This document shows positions 46,214 to 59,600 of a DNA stretch of 64,000 nucleotides, piece after piece. Source of the stretch: Takakia lepidozioides (taxonomy: Eukaryota; Plantae; Bryophyta). The notes beneath the pieces are model-generated. The model made no database searches, was not told where the DNA came from, and saw only the letters and a program-made list of their open reading frames with translations. Position numbers and translations under genes: made by a program. The stretch is from contig CM060732.1 in assembly GCA_030704615.1 (NCBI GenBank), positions 43,028,001 through 43,092,000 of the forward strand, written 5' to 3'. Each line of letters starts with the position of its first letter. Positions within the stretch are counted from its first letter, which is position 1.

Positions 46214-49200
46214 TCATTTGGTGGCTGCCTGAGCAGCTGCCAACCTTGCAATAGGCACCCTGCACCATCCAGACACCAACATGAAGTTTCAACATCCAAA
46301 GGGTTCCACATGGGGCTCTGACATCTTCCTTCCACCCAAGAGAGGTCACAAATGACCAAAATGTGTCCACTCTCTGCGTAATGTGAATTACCTCGTGAGC
46401 ATGTATTGCACGAGTGGCTGGATCTAGATACATGGTATAATCTCTATGTATCGACACCCTGGATAGATATTCATTACAAAGAAACCATTATGAGCTTGAT
46501 ATCATAAACGGAAGATCCGAGAGGGTAACCTGAAAGGAGAACAAGATACATAGTCCAGGCCTGCCTGAGCAAAGAAGGCAACCGATGACGGCTCTCCTCC
46601 ATGCTCTCCACACACTCCAACCTGCATTGAACCTACGCTCTCAGGGAATGCTGTGTGTATCTGGAAGGGAAGAGACCGCAACTGCTGATGTTCAAAGTGT
46701 GATTGTACTCTCTCCTCTCCCCAAACACTTAGTGGAGGTAGATGGGGAATACCTCTCTGGTGGATGAGGCATCGTTTGCTAAAATAAGGCTATTTTGCCT
46801 GTACGATTTTCAGCCTTGTATCTGGCTGATGATGTATCTTGCTCTATCAGTGCACAGCTCAAGGACATGAGACTGATCAGGTGGATGGTCCATCCTATCT
46901 CCTTCCTCATAGATAGTCATGAAAATTTGGACAGCAACAACATCCACCTCCCTCTCATCCTCTTGCCCTTATCCACTCCCTTTTTACTGATTATCTTTGC
47001 CAATCTGACCACAAGACATGTCAACTGATACTTGCTAGACCAATCACGTGAGAAGTTATCTTTACCTTTAGATCAGGCTGTGCTTGGCGACCTCGATCTT
47101 TTGCCATCACAATGAGCTGCCCAACACCCCTCTGGTCCAGCACCTTGGCATGTGAAAGAGATCAACATTAGACTATTTCTTAATTGGCAAAGCACTCGCA
47201 TGCTCTGTTAACTTTGACTTGAATGAAGATGGACAACCTACAGAATGCTGAATATTGGTCCAACTATCTGCTCAATTGCCAGTGCCTCGTTGTTTGTTTC
47301 ATGGTATTGATGGACACAAGAATGGTTCATCAAGCATTGTCTGGTATTCGGTCAGTTGGCCCTTATTTGTTGTGTGGCTCGTGAAATGAAGAGGAATAAT
47401 TTTACCTCAAAAGGATCGTGCTGAAGAATACCCTTTGCCAGATACACAGGCAGAAACTTGCTAACATCATCCCGGCTGTAGCCGAACGTCATTTGGGTCA
47501 AATCATTTGTTCCAAATGAAAAGAAGTCCGCATACGGTGCAATCTGTGTCAAAATAAAACTATTAGACCCTAAGCTGGCCATCTAGAGGACACTCCTCAT
47601 CAGATCATTGTTATTTTGCAAGATCCAGACAGCAGGAACAGCAGTGTCTGCAGTGGTTGTCCAATGCACATCCGTGAATGGTTTCAACAACAGATGTATG
47701 TTAGCAATAGAAGCTCAAACAGCTAGGTGGTTCTCTTATAGTCAATCCGCAACCTTGCTTCAGCAACAAATGTTGACAATCAGTAGTGCTATGAATTAAC
47801 GCCTACCTCATCTGCTACAAGAGCTGCCCGGGGAATCTCAATCATGGTTCCAATCTTGTACTTAAGAGTTGTGCCCGTTTCTGCAAAGACATCATTGGCT
47901 ATTTTGCGAATAACATCCACTTGGTGTCCCAACTCCTGCAAGAACACCCTCTCCCAAACTTCACAACTCATGGAATCGACCCCGAATATGGCTGAATATG
48001 GCTGGAGACAGTTGGCATATGGGCATTGAGAAACGCTACCAAGCATAAGCTTAATACTGGATGGTGCCTGGAGCACTTTCTCCAATTTTCAGGATAGTAA
48101 ACCTGACAATACATGGCATGCCCATGCTCTGCTGTGAGAGGAGCTAGGTGATTGAGAGTAATGACCTCTTATTGATGCTAACGAGGACAATTCTGAGACC
48201 AGCTGGGAAACAAAGCACCTGCGGTGTCCCAACAAGAGGAACCATGATCTCCGGTAAAACCTTGACGCCCTGGTTTGCCATCCCTGAAGCAGCCTCAAAG
48301 ATGGCTCTTGCTTGCATCTCGGTCAACTCTGGATATGAAATTCCGAGCCTGAACCAATCATCTCATTAGATTAAAGACTACAAGCAAGCCTAACAGAAAT
48401 TTCATTTTAGACACTTTGAAGCACTCTCAGGACAAGAAAGGGAGAGGGGGTATGAAAGGCAAGAGAGGCGCGAGAGAAAGGAAAATAGAGAAAAGTGACC
48501 TTATCACATGCACAAAGCCCAAAGGACTTATCGGAGGATACGAACAAAAGCACTAGAACTGAATTGCTGCATGATGAAGGACATATTTGGTCATACCTAC
48601 ATCCTCGAAAACCCAACATTGGATTAACTTCTGACAGCTTCTCAATATGGGAAAGAACCTCCTCTTCTTTCACCCCTGTTTCTGCTGCTAACTCTGAAAC
48701 AATTTCATCTACGTCTCCTTCTGGTAGAAACTCATGCAACGGGGGATCCAGCAAGCGAATGGTAACAGGTAGACCTGTGCATTCACCACCATCAAAGGTA
48801 CTCAGAAGGAACTAAAATTCGAAAACTTCAAAGATATAAGAGAGATGGAGCAAGATGCGCAAGTATTATGTCTGTTAGCTTTAAGAGTGCTACTAGAAGC
48901 AATTCATGTCAAACTACTTGCATGAGTAGGGTAGCTTAAAAGGTACATTTACAGCAGCTAATATATTTACACCAGAAATTTACAAAAACATCCTCGGCAC
49001 TGGAAACCTATACAGTGGTGTCAAAGCTGGGGAATCAACATTCAACTCTGTACTCACCATCCATGACCCGGAAAATGCCTTCAAAATCTGAGCGCTGATA
49101 GGGGAGCAATTTGTCAAGGGCCACTTGCCGCTGTTGAGTTGTTGATGCCATGATCATTTGTCTTACTGCTTTGATTCTCTCATCAGATGCAAAAAACTGT

Positions 49201-52200
49201 GAACAGCAGAGGACATACTCTTAGTCGCCCAAAACAGTATAGTACACTCAAGAATGCAACACTGTCCTTTGTGTGGTACACAACTTCTTGGTGAAATATC
49301 AACTTGTCGGAGAGACAGCTTACATGTTGGTACATATTCGGTGACATGCCACTGCTCAAAACACGATATTCAACTTACGTGTCCTCTCTTTGACTATTAG
49401 TATGAACTGTATGTTCTGCCGAAAACAGTATAAACCAGAGAGAGAGCACCCTCCTTTGGCAAATGCCATTCCATCAAGAGGGGAACCATAGAGTTCAAAG
49501 CATTCTCTGGTAAACTCAAGGTCCTCAATGAAGTGCAGTGATTATTTCCAGGAAGACATAAGCATATATGATCTCAAAGGTTCCAAATCTGACCATGTGC
49601 TCTGTCCTGCAAAGACCTATGCCTTCGGCCCCATTGTTGCGGGCAGCCAATGCGTCCTCAGGAGTGTCAGCATTTGCCATCACCTGCACCTCAGAAAAAA
49701 GATTAAGCAGAGTTTCTAGTTGGACACTGGACAGCCAAACATCAACCTCGGAGCAAGGACTGTTTTAGATGGCATGATTGTCTATGATGACATGTTCCCA
49801 GAAAGCACAAAAAACTCGATCAGAGATTCAGAGAGTGATGACACATTGTTATGGAAGTTGGAGTCAGAAACCAAAAACCTGGATCCCCAACCCTTCAGTG
49901 TTTTGATGCACACTAAGCCTGGTTTTAAGACTGACAGGCATAACATGCATTAAAGATGTTATGCATGTCAAAGGGAAAAACATTAGAATCATGAGAAGGA
50001 GAACCTTGAGGCGGCGGTGCGTATCGACCCAGACCATGAAAGTTCCCAGGTCCCCACTGATGGCAGGAGGTGCCAGTGGCTGCTTGCCTAGAACCACCTC
50101 CCCGGTTGTTCCATTCAAGGATATCCAATCCCCCTCTCGGAGGGTTGTGCCATTAGCTGACATGGTCTGCACAGAATTCACAAGAAAGGGGGCATTCAGT
50201 AAGGTTTCCCTTACACCCCCCGCAAATAAGACGGGGACCAACGGGAGACAACTTGCCGCGGTGTATAAAGCAAGAAAGAGACCTATTTGTCCAGAGTCTG
50301 AATGTGGACAATGATGTTTCCCTAAGGCATAATGGTGGGATTCTAACCATTCAGAGCCAGTTTCAAGGTTTCAGCCCACAAAGTGTCAGAGACTCAACCA
50401 AAATTGCCAGTACGGCAATCTGGTTACAGAAGTGAGAAGCAGCATCAGCAGAAGAAAAAAAACTTGTTATGTACAGAGAGAGAGAGAGAGAGAATGTACT
50501 CATAAGACGTTGTTTGCCGTAGCCTTGTGGCCCTTGACCCCGGGCCCAGTTTGAGCGGAACACACAGGGACAGAACCTACCTTTGTCAGGGACTGACGCT
50601 GGTAGTAAGACTTACCTTGGAATAAACAATTGATCTGGGTTTTCCAGATATCCTCTAAAAATCCCTCACACCACAACAATCTGCTGTGTGTGGTTTGAGC
50701 AATAACTAGGCCCCAAAAGAGCCTGGGATTTTGGCTCAGCCTTGGGACTTTCGAAGTTGGTAAACAGAAGTACAGGCACAATTCCTTCGATAGATTTGAG
50801 GACAGTGTCTCTCTGGTGAGAGAACCCTGGACAATGAATAAGAAAATGAATATTGTCTTCAGGTTGCCCACACAACGGGCAATTGTACTCTCCCTTTCCA
50901 CTCTGCTTCTGTTTACTGTTCAAAGGTACCATTCTTAGACATAGTCAGCTTCAATGCACCTATTACCAAGTCTTGAGATGATGCCATCAGCCAGATAATC
51001 CAAGCCTAAACTTGGAGAAAAGACAAAGACAGATGCATGAACAGAAGACATACTAAAGGACAAATAAATTAGAGAGCCCAACAGCCACAATTTTGCCTAT
51101 TATTCTCCTGCTGAAGGTGGGCAAGGGAGGACCAACCCGTGTGGCCTCGTTGACACGAATGTCCGAACAGCCTGAAACACAACACTTGCCCCAACCGCGG
51201 GCGACAACAGCCGCATGAGATGTCATGCCACCTCGGGCAGTCAGAATGCCAGTGGCTGCATGCATGCCTCCCACATCTTCAGGACTGGTTTCATTCCGTA
51301 CCTGGATCAGAAAATATGAGACAAATCTTAGTGCAAACTGGCTCAATGACCAAATGGCTCAGTTCCACAATGCAGAAGATTTTGATCACAATTGCCTACC
51401 AGAATGACTGCCCTGCCTTGTCCATGCCAGGCTTCCGCATCTTCAGCACTGAAAACAAGTTGACCAACAGCTGCTCCTGGAGAGGCAGGCAGGCCTGTCG
51501 CAATAACACTCTTCTTGTACAGAGCTGGCTTTTCAAACTGTGGAAGACAGCAAAGAACTCTTCCATTAGATCCCTACGGAGAGGTCTTATCACACTGAAC
51601 TTGACTTGTTTCAATCTAGCACCACTATTGATTCCATTTCTAAGGCTAACAATTGACAGCCATTGTGTATTTATAGGGGATGCAGTTAGTAGGGTTCAGC
51701 TTTCACTGGTCCTGCCATACCTCCACGGCTTGCCCGACAAATCACAAAGCATGTCCTTCTCTCCCACATGGTTTGGCACAAGGTTTAGCAATGGCCTAAA
51801 AAGAAGTTGCTAATGCCTGAATTTACATCATGGGAGTGTCAACTCCTTATAACTCACATCTTCCATCCTTTAAGTCTGCAACGTTAGAATAACAGACCAG
51901 ATGATGGTCAATTTTTTTTTCCCATGTTCAAAGATCACATCAATCTATAGAATATAGCCAAATTCCAATATAACATCTCACAAAACTCAGTTTACTTCAG
52001 CTCTGACCTGGGGGTGGAGAAGCTGATCCAGATGTTGGGGTTCAACTCTATGGATTGCAGTAACAGTACCAATCAAACCCTCATTGACCATGTCTACAGC
52101 AATCTTCACTGCCCCAGCACCTGTGCGCTTCCCTGAGCGGCATTGGAGCATCCAGAGTCTACCCTCTTGTACCGTAAACTCGATATCCTGCACCACCATG

Positions 52201-55200
52201 TCTTCATTCAAACTCATTGAGCTCTGCCTCACTATTCCTTTGCCTTGGCTCTGGATATCCCACTGATTTTGGAAGACATTGAGAAAAGGGCTTTCTTGAG
52301 GCTCCAATGTGGAATTTTCATTTCATGAGTAGTATGTTCCCTAATACATAAATTCATCATAATGAGGTGATGTACAATTGACTGTCTACAGAGTTTCAAG
52401 GTTGCTATTGCACTCACATGCAAAGAGGACAACATTTGCAAGGAGTTCAAACAGGAACAGGTCTTGCAGTGTTGTATTAAAAACAAGTACATGCCCAGGA
52501 GGTGACTTTGTCTGTTCTATAACAGTTCCTTGGACGAATATAGATAATCTGACCATGTGAAATGGCATTGGTATGCTGCATATATGTCAGCGCTATGGAA
52601 AAAATCCAAGAAATCCCAACTCAGCACCTCCAAAAGTTGTCAGCTTCTTTGACAACTGCATTGTCAGAAGTACCAATTATGGCAGAACTTCACCTGAGAA
52701 AAAAATTGTTGAAATAGTGCACAACAATTTTTGCTTACCATCATTTCCTTGTAGTGATTTTCAAGGATGTCGCAGTTCTCAAGCAGCTCCTTGTATGCTT
52801 CTGGTAATGCCTGGCGCATTGTATCAATGTCCTCGGGAGTTCGGATGCCAGCGACAACATCTTCTCCCTAATGGGAACCACCACCAAATTCACCAAGGTT
52901 AGAATTTTACCTTTTTCCACATGACACAAATCCAGGATATGTTACAATGCATCTACAGCAATCCAGTAGGTTGGACTTTGATTAGTTTTTCTGAGCTATG
53001 GTTTTAACATACAAAGACATATCCATGTAAGTGTCTTGTACAATTAAACGTAACCAAAAAAGAACTACTGAAAAGATCTAATCTACAGTTAGAGGGAATT
53101 TCAGAAGAGAAATGAAATGAAATGAAATGGTGCTTTATAACGTCCGCGGAAAGCTCATAGAGCTTATGGGACAAAATGGAAGGAAGAACATGAGAGAAAA
53201 TAGGAAAACCAGAGTCAGAGAAAAGAACTATTCGAGTGATTGTCTAAGGGTGAATGCCTCGTGCAGGTAGGCTGCCAAACATTTCTGATCCTCATAGTGG
53301 AAGACTTCAGTGAGAGATTGCGTTCCATGGAATAGACAATGGAATCTCCCACAGATCTCATAGCATAGGGGGCAATAGAAGAAGAAGTGTTCTTCAGAGA
53401 GAACCAGAGAGAAACAGCAAAGAAAAGAAGAAGAGAGGCAAGAAACAAGAAAATAGAAACAAAAAGAAACAATGACAAAAATAAAGGATACAAACAAAAC
53501 AACGAACACGGATTCTTATTGAACCCGTAAACTGAGAATAGTGGTATAGACTTGGTGACTGTACAGAGACATAAATAGACGATAGTCTGAAAGTGCTGCA
53601 AAATATTTGAAGCATTGCTTCAGGCCAGATTGTCGGCCAACCTGTGCATTGATAAGATACTCTCCATATAATTTCTTCTCTCCAGTGCTGGGGTTACGAG
53701 TGAAAAGCACTCCTGTACCAGAATTGACTCCCATATTTCCAAACACCATGGCTTGCACATTTACAGCAGTTCCTTGGAGCCCAATGATCTGATTGATGCT
53801 GCGGTACTTTACAGCTCGTTGACTGTTCCAGGAGTCGAAGACCGCAATTACTGCGAGTCGCAGTTGTTCTATAGGATCTGCAAATTTTGCCAAGCCATAA
53901 AGAGAATTCTCCAGTGTCCAATACACATCATCTGCTAACAGAATGGCAGTGTCCAAGTTTTCACCAAATAACGCGAATTGCTAATACAGAAGCACAAGCA
54001 ACTTACCGGTGGGAAACTCTTTGTGAATGGCATTGTAGTAGACATCCTTGTATTTCAAGACAAGCTCCTTTAAATCCTCAGTTGTGAGGTCTGTGTCCAT
54101 TTTCACCCCCCGGGCAGCTTTCAACCTTTCCAGCTCATGCTCAAAAAGAGCGTGCGAAACACCCATTACCTTCATGACAATAATGGAGAAAATATGAAAG
54201 GCAGACTCAGTTCCCCCTCCCCCCACCCCTCCTCAGTGACTAAGGAATCAACTTAGCAGGGAGACTGATACTTGATTAGGAAGAGGTGGGCAATAGAAAT
54301 TATACATCACTTCCAGCTCCCTTCTCAAACAACTTGGACTAAAATACAAGTGGCTGAAACTGTTTGGAACCTCATGTTTATGCTGTGGTGTATCTGCATT
54401 TCAGGGAAGATACCACGAAAAACAATGTTAGTTGGAGAATCACCCACCACTCCCCCAAACATGTCGATGAAACGGCGATAAGAATCATAAGCAAATCGCT
54501 CACCACTGCGAGCAGCAAGGCCAGTCACAACATCGTCATTCAATCCCAGATTCAGGACAGTATCCATCATACCAGGCATTGATATCTGCAGCACATAACA
54601 GAGTTTGTGTGAGCAAACCTCCATAAATTGCAATTGCTATGTCACGCACACTCAGCTTTTCTGAACAGATGCAAGTCAATCTCAGAAATAGAATACCTCA
54701 GAAGAGATACTTAGACATCTGAATCTCAGAAATGTGTGTTGGTTCTGACCGCTGCACCGCTGCGAACAGAGACAAGAAGCGGCTTGGATGGATCACCAAG
54801 GGTAACACCCATATCCTCTTCCACAGTCTTCAGAGCCTTCATAACCTCTTCCCAAAGACCATCAGGCAACTTGTTCCCATTTTTATTATACTCTTGGCAG
54901 GTCTCTGTGGTAATCGTGAGCCCTGGTGGCACTGAGAGGCCGATGCTTGACATTTCCGCAAGATTTGCTCCCTTCCCACCAAGCTGCCACCCCACGTAGT
55001 CGGAAGAAGGTCAGAATTTTTTTCCACAACTACAATATGCAACAAGAAAGAAATGGAGAGTAAAATGACCTAGTTCACATTGTTAATTTTGCCTTTGAGG
55101 GGAAAAATCTATCCACTTACCAAGGTTTTCATTCCCATGTTGCCCTCACCTCGTCCCTTCCCAAACGTGAATACCCGCTGCCACGGCGTCATCAAGATAG

Positions 55201-55534
55201 AAACATCGAGTCAGTGTCATGGAGAAAATTGGCCAAGTTATTAGGTAGCAAAAATATACATCAGGCATGAGATTTACTTGGAGGAGAGGATTATATTCAT
55301 ACTTGATACTGATCTCACAGAACCTGGACAACGAACCTGCTTAGTTCGAGTAGGTGGAGATGCCACAGTCTGGCAACGTGCAGAGCCACTCCGGAGTGGT
55401 GCTGGTTTCGGACAACTCCATATTCCAACAGCTTCAACACTTCCCACAGCCATTGCTTCTGAAAATCCCCATACTTTTGAGCTTCTACTTCCCAGCGATA
55501 GCGATCCCGACGGTAGCCCTCTCGCTGCCAGCAT
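46214..55534 (-). CDS. PPDK: Pyruvate, phosphate dikinase with plastid transit peptide, 20 exons
   Basis: Exons 55534 (or 55663)-55337, 55177-55121, 54983-54750, 54585-54448, 54169-54007, 53877-53642, 52867-52739, 52187-52008, 51537-51400, 51301-51137, 50166-50005, 49683-49594, 49196-49058, 48774-48597, 48348-48219, 47935-47807, 47543-47406, 47143-47066, 46621-46530, 46259-46214. Motifs [26 protein letters not shown] (catalytic His), [30 protein letters not shown]. Start codon uncertain. Confidence 0.97.
50478..50935 (-). mobile_element. Non-LTR family A 5'-truncated copy in a PPDK intron
   Basis: Encodes [25 protein letters not shown] and ends GGCCACAAGGCTACGGCAAACAACGTCTTATGAGTACATT(CT)n. 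Confidence 0.85.
53108..53600 (-). mobile_element. Non-LTR family B (RTEX-like) 3' fragment with (CATTT)n tail
   Basis: Encodes [39 protein letters not shown] and ends TTGTCCCATAAGCTCTATGAGCTTTCCGCGGACGTTATAAAGCAC(CATTT)n. Confidence 0.75.
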
Positions 55535-56619
55535 CTGACCTACACCTCCCTTACAATTGCAAACACCTGCGAAATCTGTGCTGTCTGCTGTCCTTGTCGA
55601 ACAAGGGAGAGCATGTCTGAAGGTGGAAGCCATCGGCTTCGGTAGACTAATCACAAATTCCATGCATACACCGGCTCTCAGTGAACCAGAACCTCTGCCT
55701 CAATCGCACCGAAATAAAATCTTGCTGATCCGGAATCCTAGCAGCGCCCCGTTTCCTGGACAATTCAACGTTTCTTAAGCTGTCAAACTCCTTCCATTCT
55801 CAATCAATCACCTCCAAATCAAGCTGCCAAAGCTCAACTGTTTCCTTTTCCAGCTGATCCCCGAGCCTCTCTACTTGCTGCATTTAAACCGTGCTGAATC
55901 TATCTGCTGAATCTACCTGTGTATCTCCTTCCCAGCACTCAAGTCCGAAGGCAGGAAAAGCATGGGCCAGCTTCTCGGTCAGCAGGGGGAACGTTCTGCT
56001 CGCAGCGACCGCGCGGCGAGACCGTTGGCTGCCTTTCCCTTATCTGCCCTTGTCTGTGGCTTTCTCTATTGGCCACACACCCCCCTTAACTGAGATATGG
56101 CCAATTTCCTTTTGTTTGAGAAAATTACTTTTCCCACTTAGTTTTCGAGAAATTAGAAATAAGGTGGGCCCAGCGATGCTTGCAGTGTACTCCAGTCAAC
56201 CGCGATAGTCCACCGCGGTCAAACTACGCCGTTGACCGCACAGTGGCGGTGCGGTGTTAGTACTGGTACGGGCGCGGGGACCAATAAGATCACGTCCAGG
56301 AGCCACGTCACATGAGTGTGAACACAACAAGTCTTTTAAATAACCGGTTTCGTGTGAAGGCTCAAAGAGGATTTAGTCGGGACTGTTCATGCACTTTCAT
56401 CCATCAACGGTGGATTTGTCAGGGAGCTGTGACACGGTAACCACCTCGCCAGCCTCCACCCTGCAAGGAAAGAAGCAGAGCTGTCTCCACGCTCGTTGCA
56501 CTGCTGGTCTTCTCGCAATCATCTTCGAACTGAATGTATGGATCATACCGCGGCGTAGCCTGTGCAAGTAGGTGAAATATTTTGAGCGCATATGAGAGTG
56601 AAGTGGATTGGGGCTTGTC

Positions 56620-59600
56620 ATGGACAACAATTTGACGCTCGTGTTAGAAGCGTTGGCATCCTCCGGATGCGTAGTCCCATCAGAGCACAGAGCAGGTCTG
56701 GACATATCTCTCAAAGTGAAGAAGATTGATGCAGGCTTGATGAGCCTTGCCCTGTGGGGCCGCATTTTCACAGCAACTGGGAAAGACTATTTGCTTGCCG
56801 AAGGGTGCGCTTGTGCCAAACGTATTGGTCGGAAGCTGGATTTTGACATCAAATACTATTTCAGGTGGGTGTCGTTTGTGACAGAAGCAAATGAATCTAG
56901 GTTTGAAGTCGAACCGTGAACAAATGATACTCAATACGCCTATGAGGTGTTTGAGGTAACATGTAAGAACGAATATTCGCAGAGAGATGAGAAGGTAATG
57001 TCTGAACCTCTAATTCGTGTGTACATGACGGTCTTGGGTCCGGGGCTGGGTCATTCAGGTCCTAATACTATGAAAGCTTTTGAATGGTATCTTTCATTGT
57101 CAATGAATAGATTAGTAGTTGGAGTGTTGTTTCCCAGTCAGCTGATGGGGGACGTTGAGGCATGCCACCTTGGGCCTCAACCAGTATCCACAGATGTCTG
57201 TACCCACAGTATAAACCATTTGATTCAACAATCCACGGTACGGTTGTTAAGCATTTGATGCAGTTTGGATTTCAATTTCGATTGGATTTGAGATACTGAA
57301 TTGTTTGTACAGACACGGCTTGATGTATATTCGAAGGCATAAGGCAGGCTCCTTTGCTGGGCGTTCCCAGGCTAGGAAATATGAATTCCGGGTTGGCACT
57401 AATTGTACTATCTTAAGTGAAATACACAGCCTATATTCAGCGCTTGGGATGTGAGAAACCTTGGCCGTCATGAGCAACAAAGGAAGTAAGAATACATCCT
57501 CCAATTGTTGCTAATGTAGGCTGTGTATTATATTGCAGCCAAGATGGAGTGAAGTGGCTGGATCTGCAGGCACCAATGACAGAGGAGAGGTATAAATTGT
57601 GCAAACAGTGCAAAGGACCCTTCACAGGCGACACCAGCAATGTCTTCTTTGTTATCCCAGAGCCGCCACAGCCATCTGCTTTTGATGAGAGTATTGTTGC
57701 AAATCGACATCCCAAAACCCCAACCTATAAAACTTCTCCCATAATGGCCTGCTGTGGATGTTTCTCTCGTTCTTCAGCAGTAGTTGCTTTTGGGCTGTTT
57801 TTTGGCTCTGGTTTTGTTTCCTCTCTTGTTTTTTTCATTTTGTCCCATAAGCTCTTTGAGCTTTCTCCGGACGTTACTAAGTACCATTTCATTTCTTTCT
57901 TTCAGTATATATGCATGAGGCAATCCCTTGAGCAATAACTAGTTGTTTTAGGGCTGCTTGTGAAGGGCTCATCTCTCTTTCTTGTTCCATGCTTTCTCTT
58001 GTCCCATAAGCTCTTTGAGCTTTTTGTGGACATTTCATTTCTTTCCACAGGTCTGCAAAGTGTCGTTTCTATAAGTCTTCGTTTTTTAAAGTCTCTTTAT
58101 TACTTCGCCTTCCATTTCGGCCATATGCTGGTTCTTTACAAGCTTGCAAGTTCCTGGACATTATATTCGTTCTATCTCTTCTATCTCTCCAATCTTGAAA
58201 AGTTCAACTTAGTTTTGGGCTTTTCTTGAGACTTGTTCAAACATCTATAGAAGCTACAGGAAGTTCACATCAGATCTCGTCTTAAAACCTCTTTCTACAG
58301 TGCATCAGAGTAATTCCTAAGTTGCTTTTCATTGTGACACTGTTTGTTCTCTCCTTTTGTTGCAGAGGTGGAACCTGCAGTGATGGGAGATCCTTCAGGC
58401 TCATCACCCACTGATGAAAAAGACGGGACCACTACCGATGAAGAAACAACAGATCCAGTAACAGAGGAAGACACGACAGAAGCAGTTACTGAAGATGATG
58501 AAACAGATGAACCCCCTGGTGAAGAGGAAGAAGCAAAGGTCAAAAAGTTATGATTCATCTCATATAATGGCAGAAGAAAGCACAGTTTGATACATATTCC
58601 ACCTCATGCATTACCACATAGTGGGCACCATGTATGTTGTTCATGAATAATAGTCGATGTGACTAGTATACAATGAAATGTGAAATCCTCATATTTACTG
58701 CAGGCTTCGTAGGTCCAGAGTGTTTTGTTGTATCCAGCCTGACTTCACCACCATTGTATAATTCATTTAGTAGACCGATTCATACACTACATGGTTTACG
58801 ATTTATGTAGGTTATAGAAGATGAGGAAGTGGCAGAAGGAGAGGAAGGTGAAGGGGGTGAAGACAAGGAGGCCGAGATTCCCAAGGGCACTGAAATCCCA
58901 GAGGTGGAACTCATATCCTTAGCCCTGTCCTCACGCCTGTTTGCTCATTATCTACGAACTCTGGTGTTGTATATCACTTTTGACATGGCTAGCGTACTAA
59001 GGAGAATTCAACCAATCCAGCTGAGCACTGATATGGGACAAATAAGCATGACAATTGAAAAATGAAAAGCGTGCTATTGACTGTTTCCCCAGACCTCCAA
59101 ATGAGGGCATACTCTAGAACAAACCCCGAAGTTCCCTTTTGATTCTTTGTCTTGAATTCATATGTTGCTGGCTATCTTGAATATTTTTTGAAAGTTTTTA
59201 GAGTACACCACTGGCCCCCTTAAGCTGATTGACCAGATCATTGGTTAGCCAGGGCTACCAGGTTGTTGGCCAATATCTCCCAAATTGCAGGTTCATGGAA
59301 GAGTGATGTCATTGCCAAAAGGTACCAGCCAAAGCATTTCAAACTTCGCAAGCTTGCAGCATGGTTGCAGCTCACAATGGAAGTCTTGTATAAATAAGAT
59401 TGAGTGTGTGCAGCTGGAAAGACTGGCTGGGCTGATGAAATGGATCGATGAAGAGTGTGGAGTTGTGCCCTTGAATTCCATGGTGCTAACTGCGCACAAC
59501 CAGCTTGTAAAGAACACTGCTTTCACAGGTCTTGCTCTTGCACTTTGATGAGCTCTTTGGCCTCTTATGGGTCACATTCTAAGTTTGTGTCACACTGTGT

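Noticed and set aside
50495-50560. Self-cleaving ribozyme (HDV or hammerhead) at the family A 3' end
   Set aside because: I could not fit the nested pseudoknot or the CUGANGA/GAAA core by eye; a covariance-model search would be needed.
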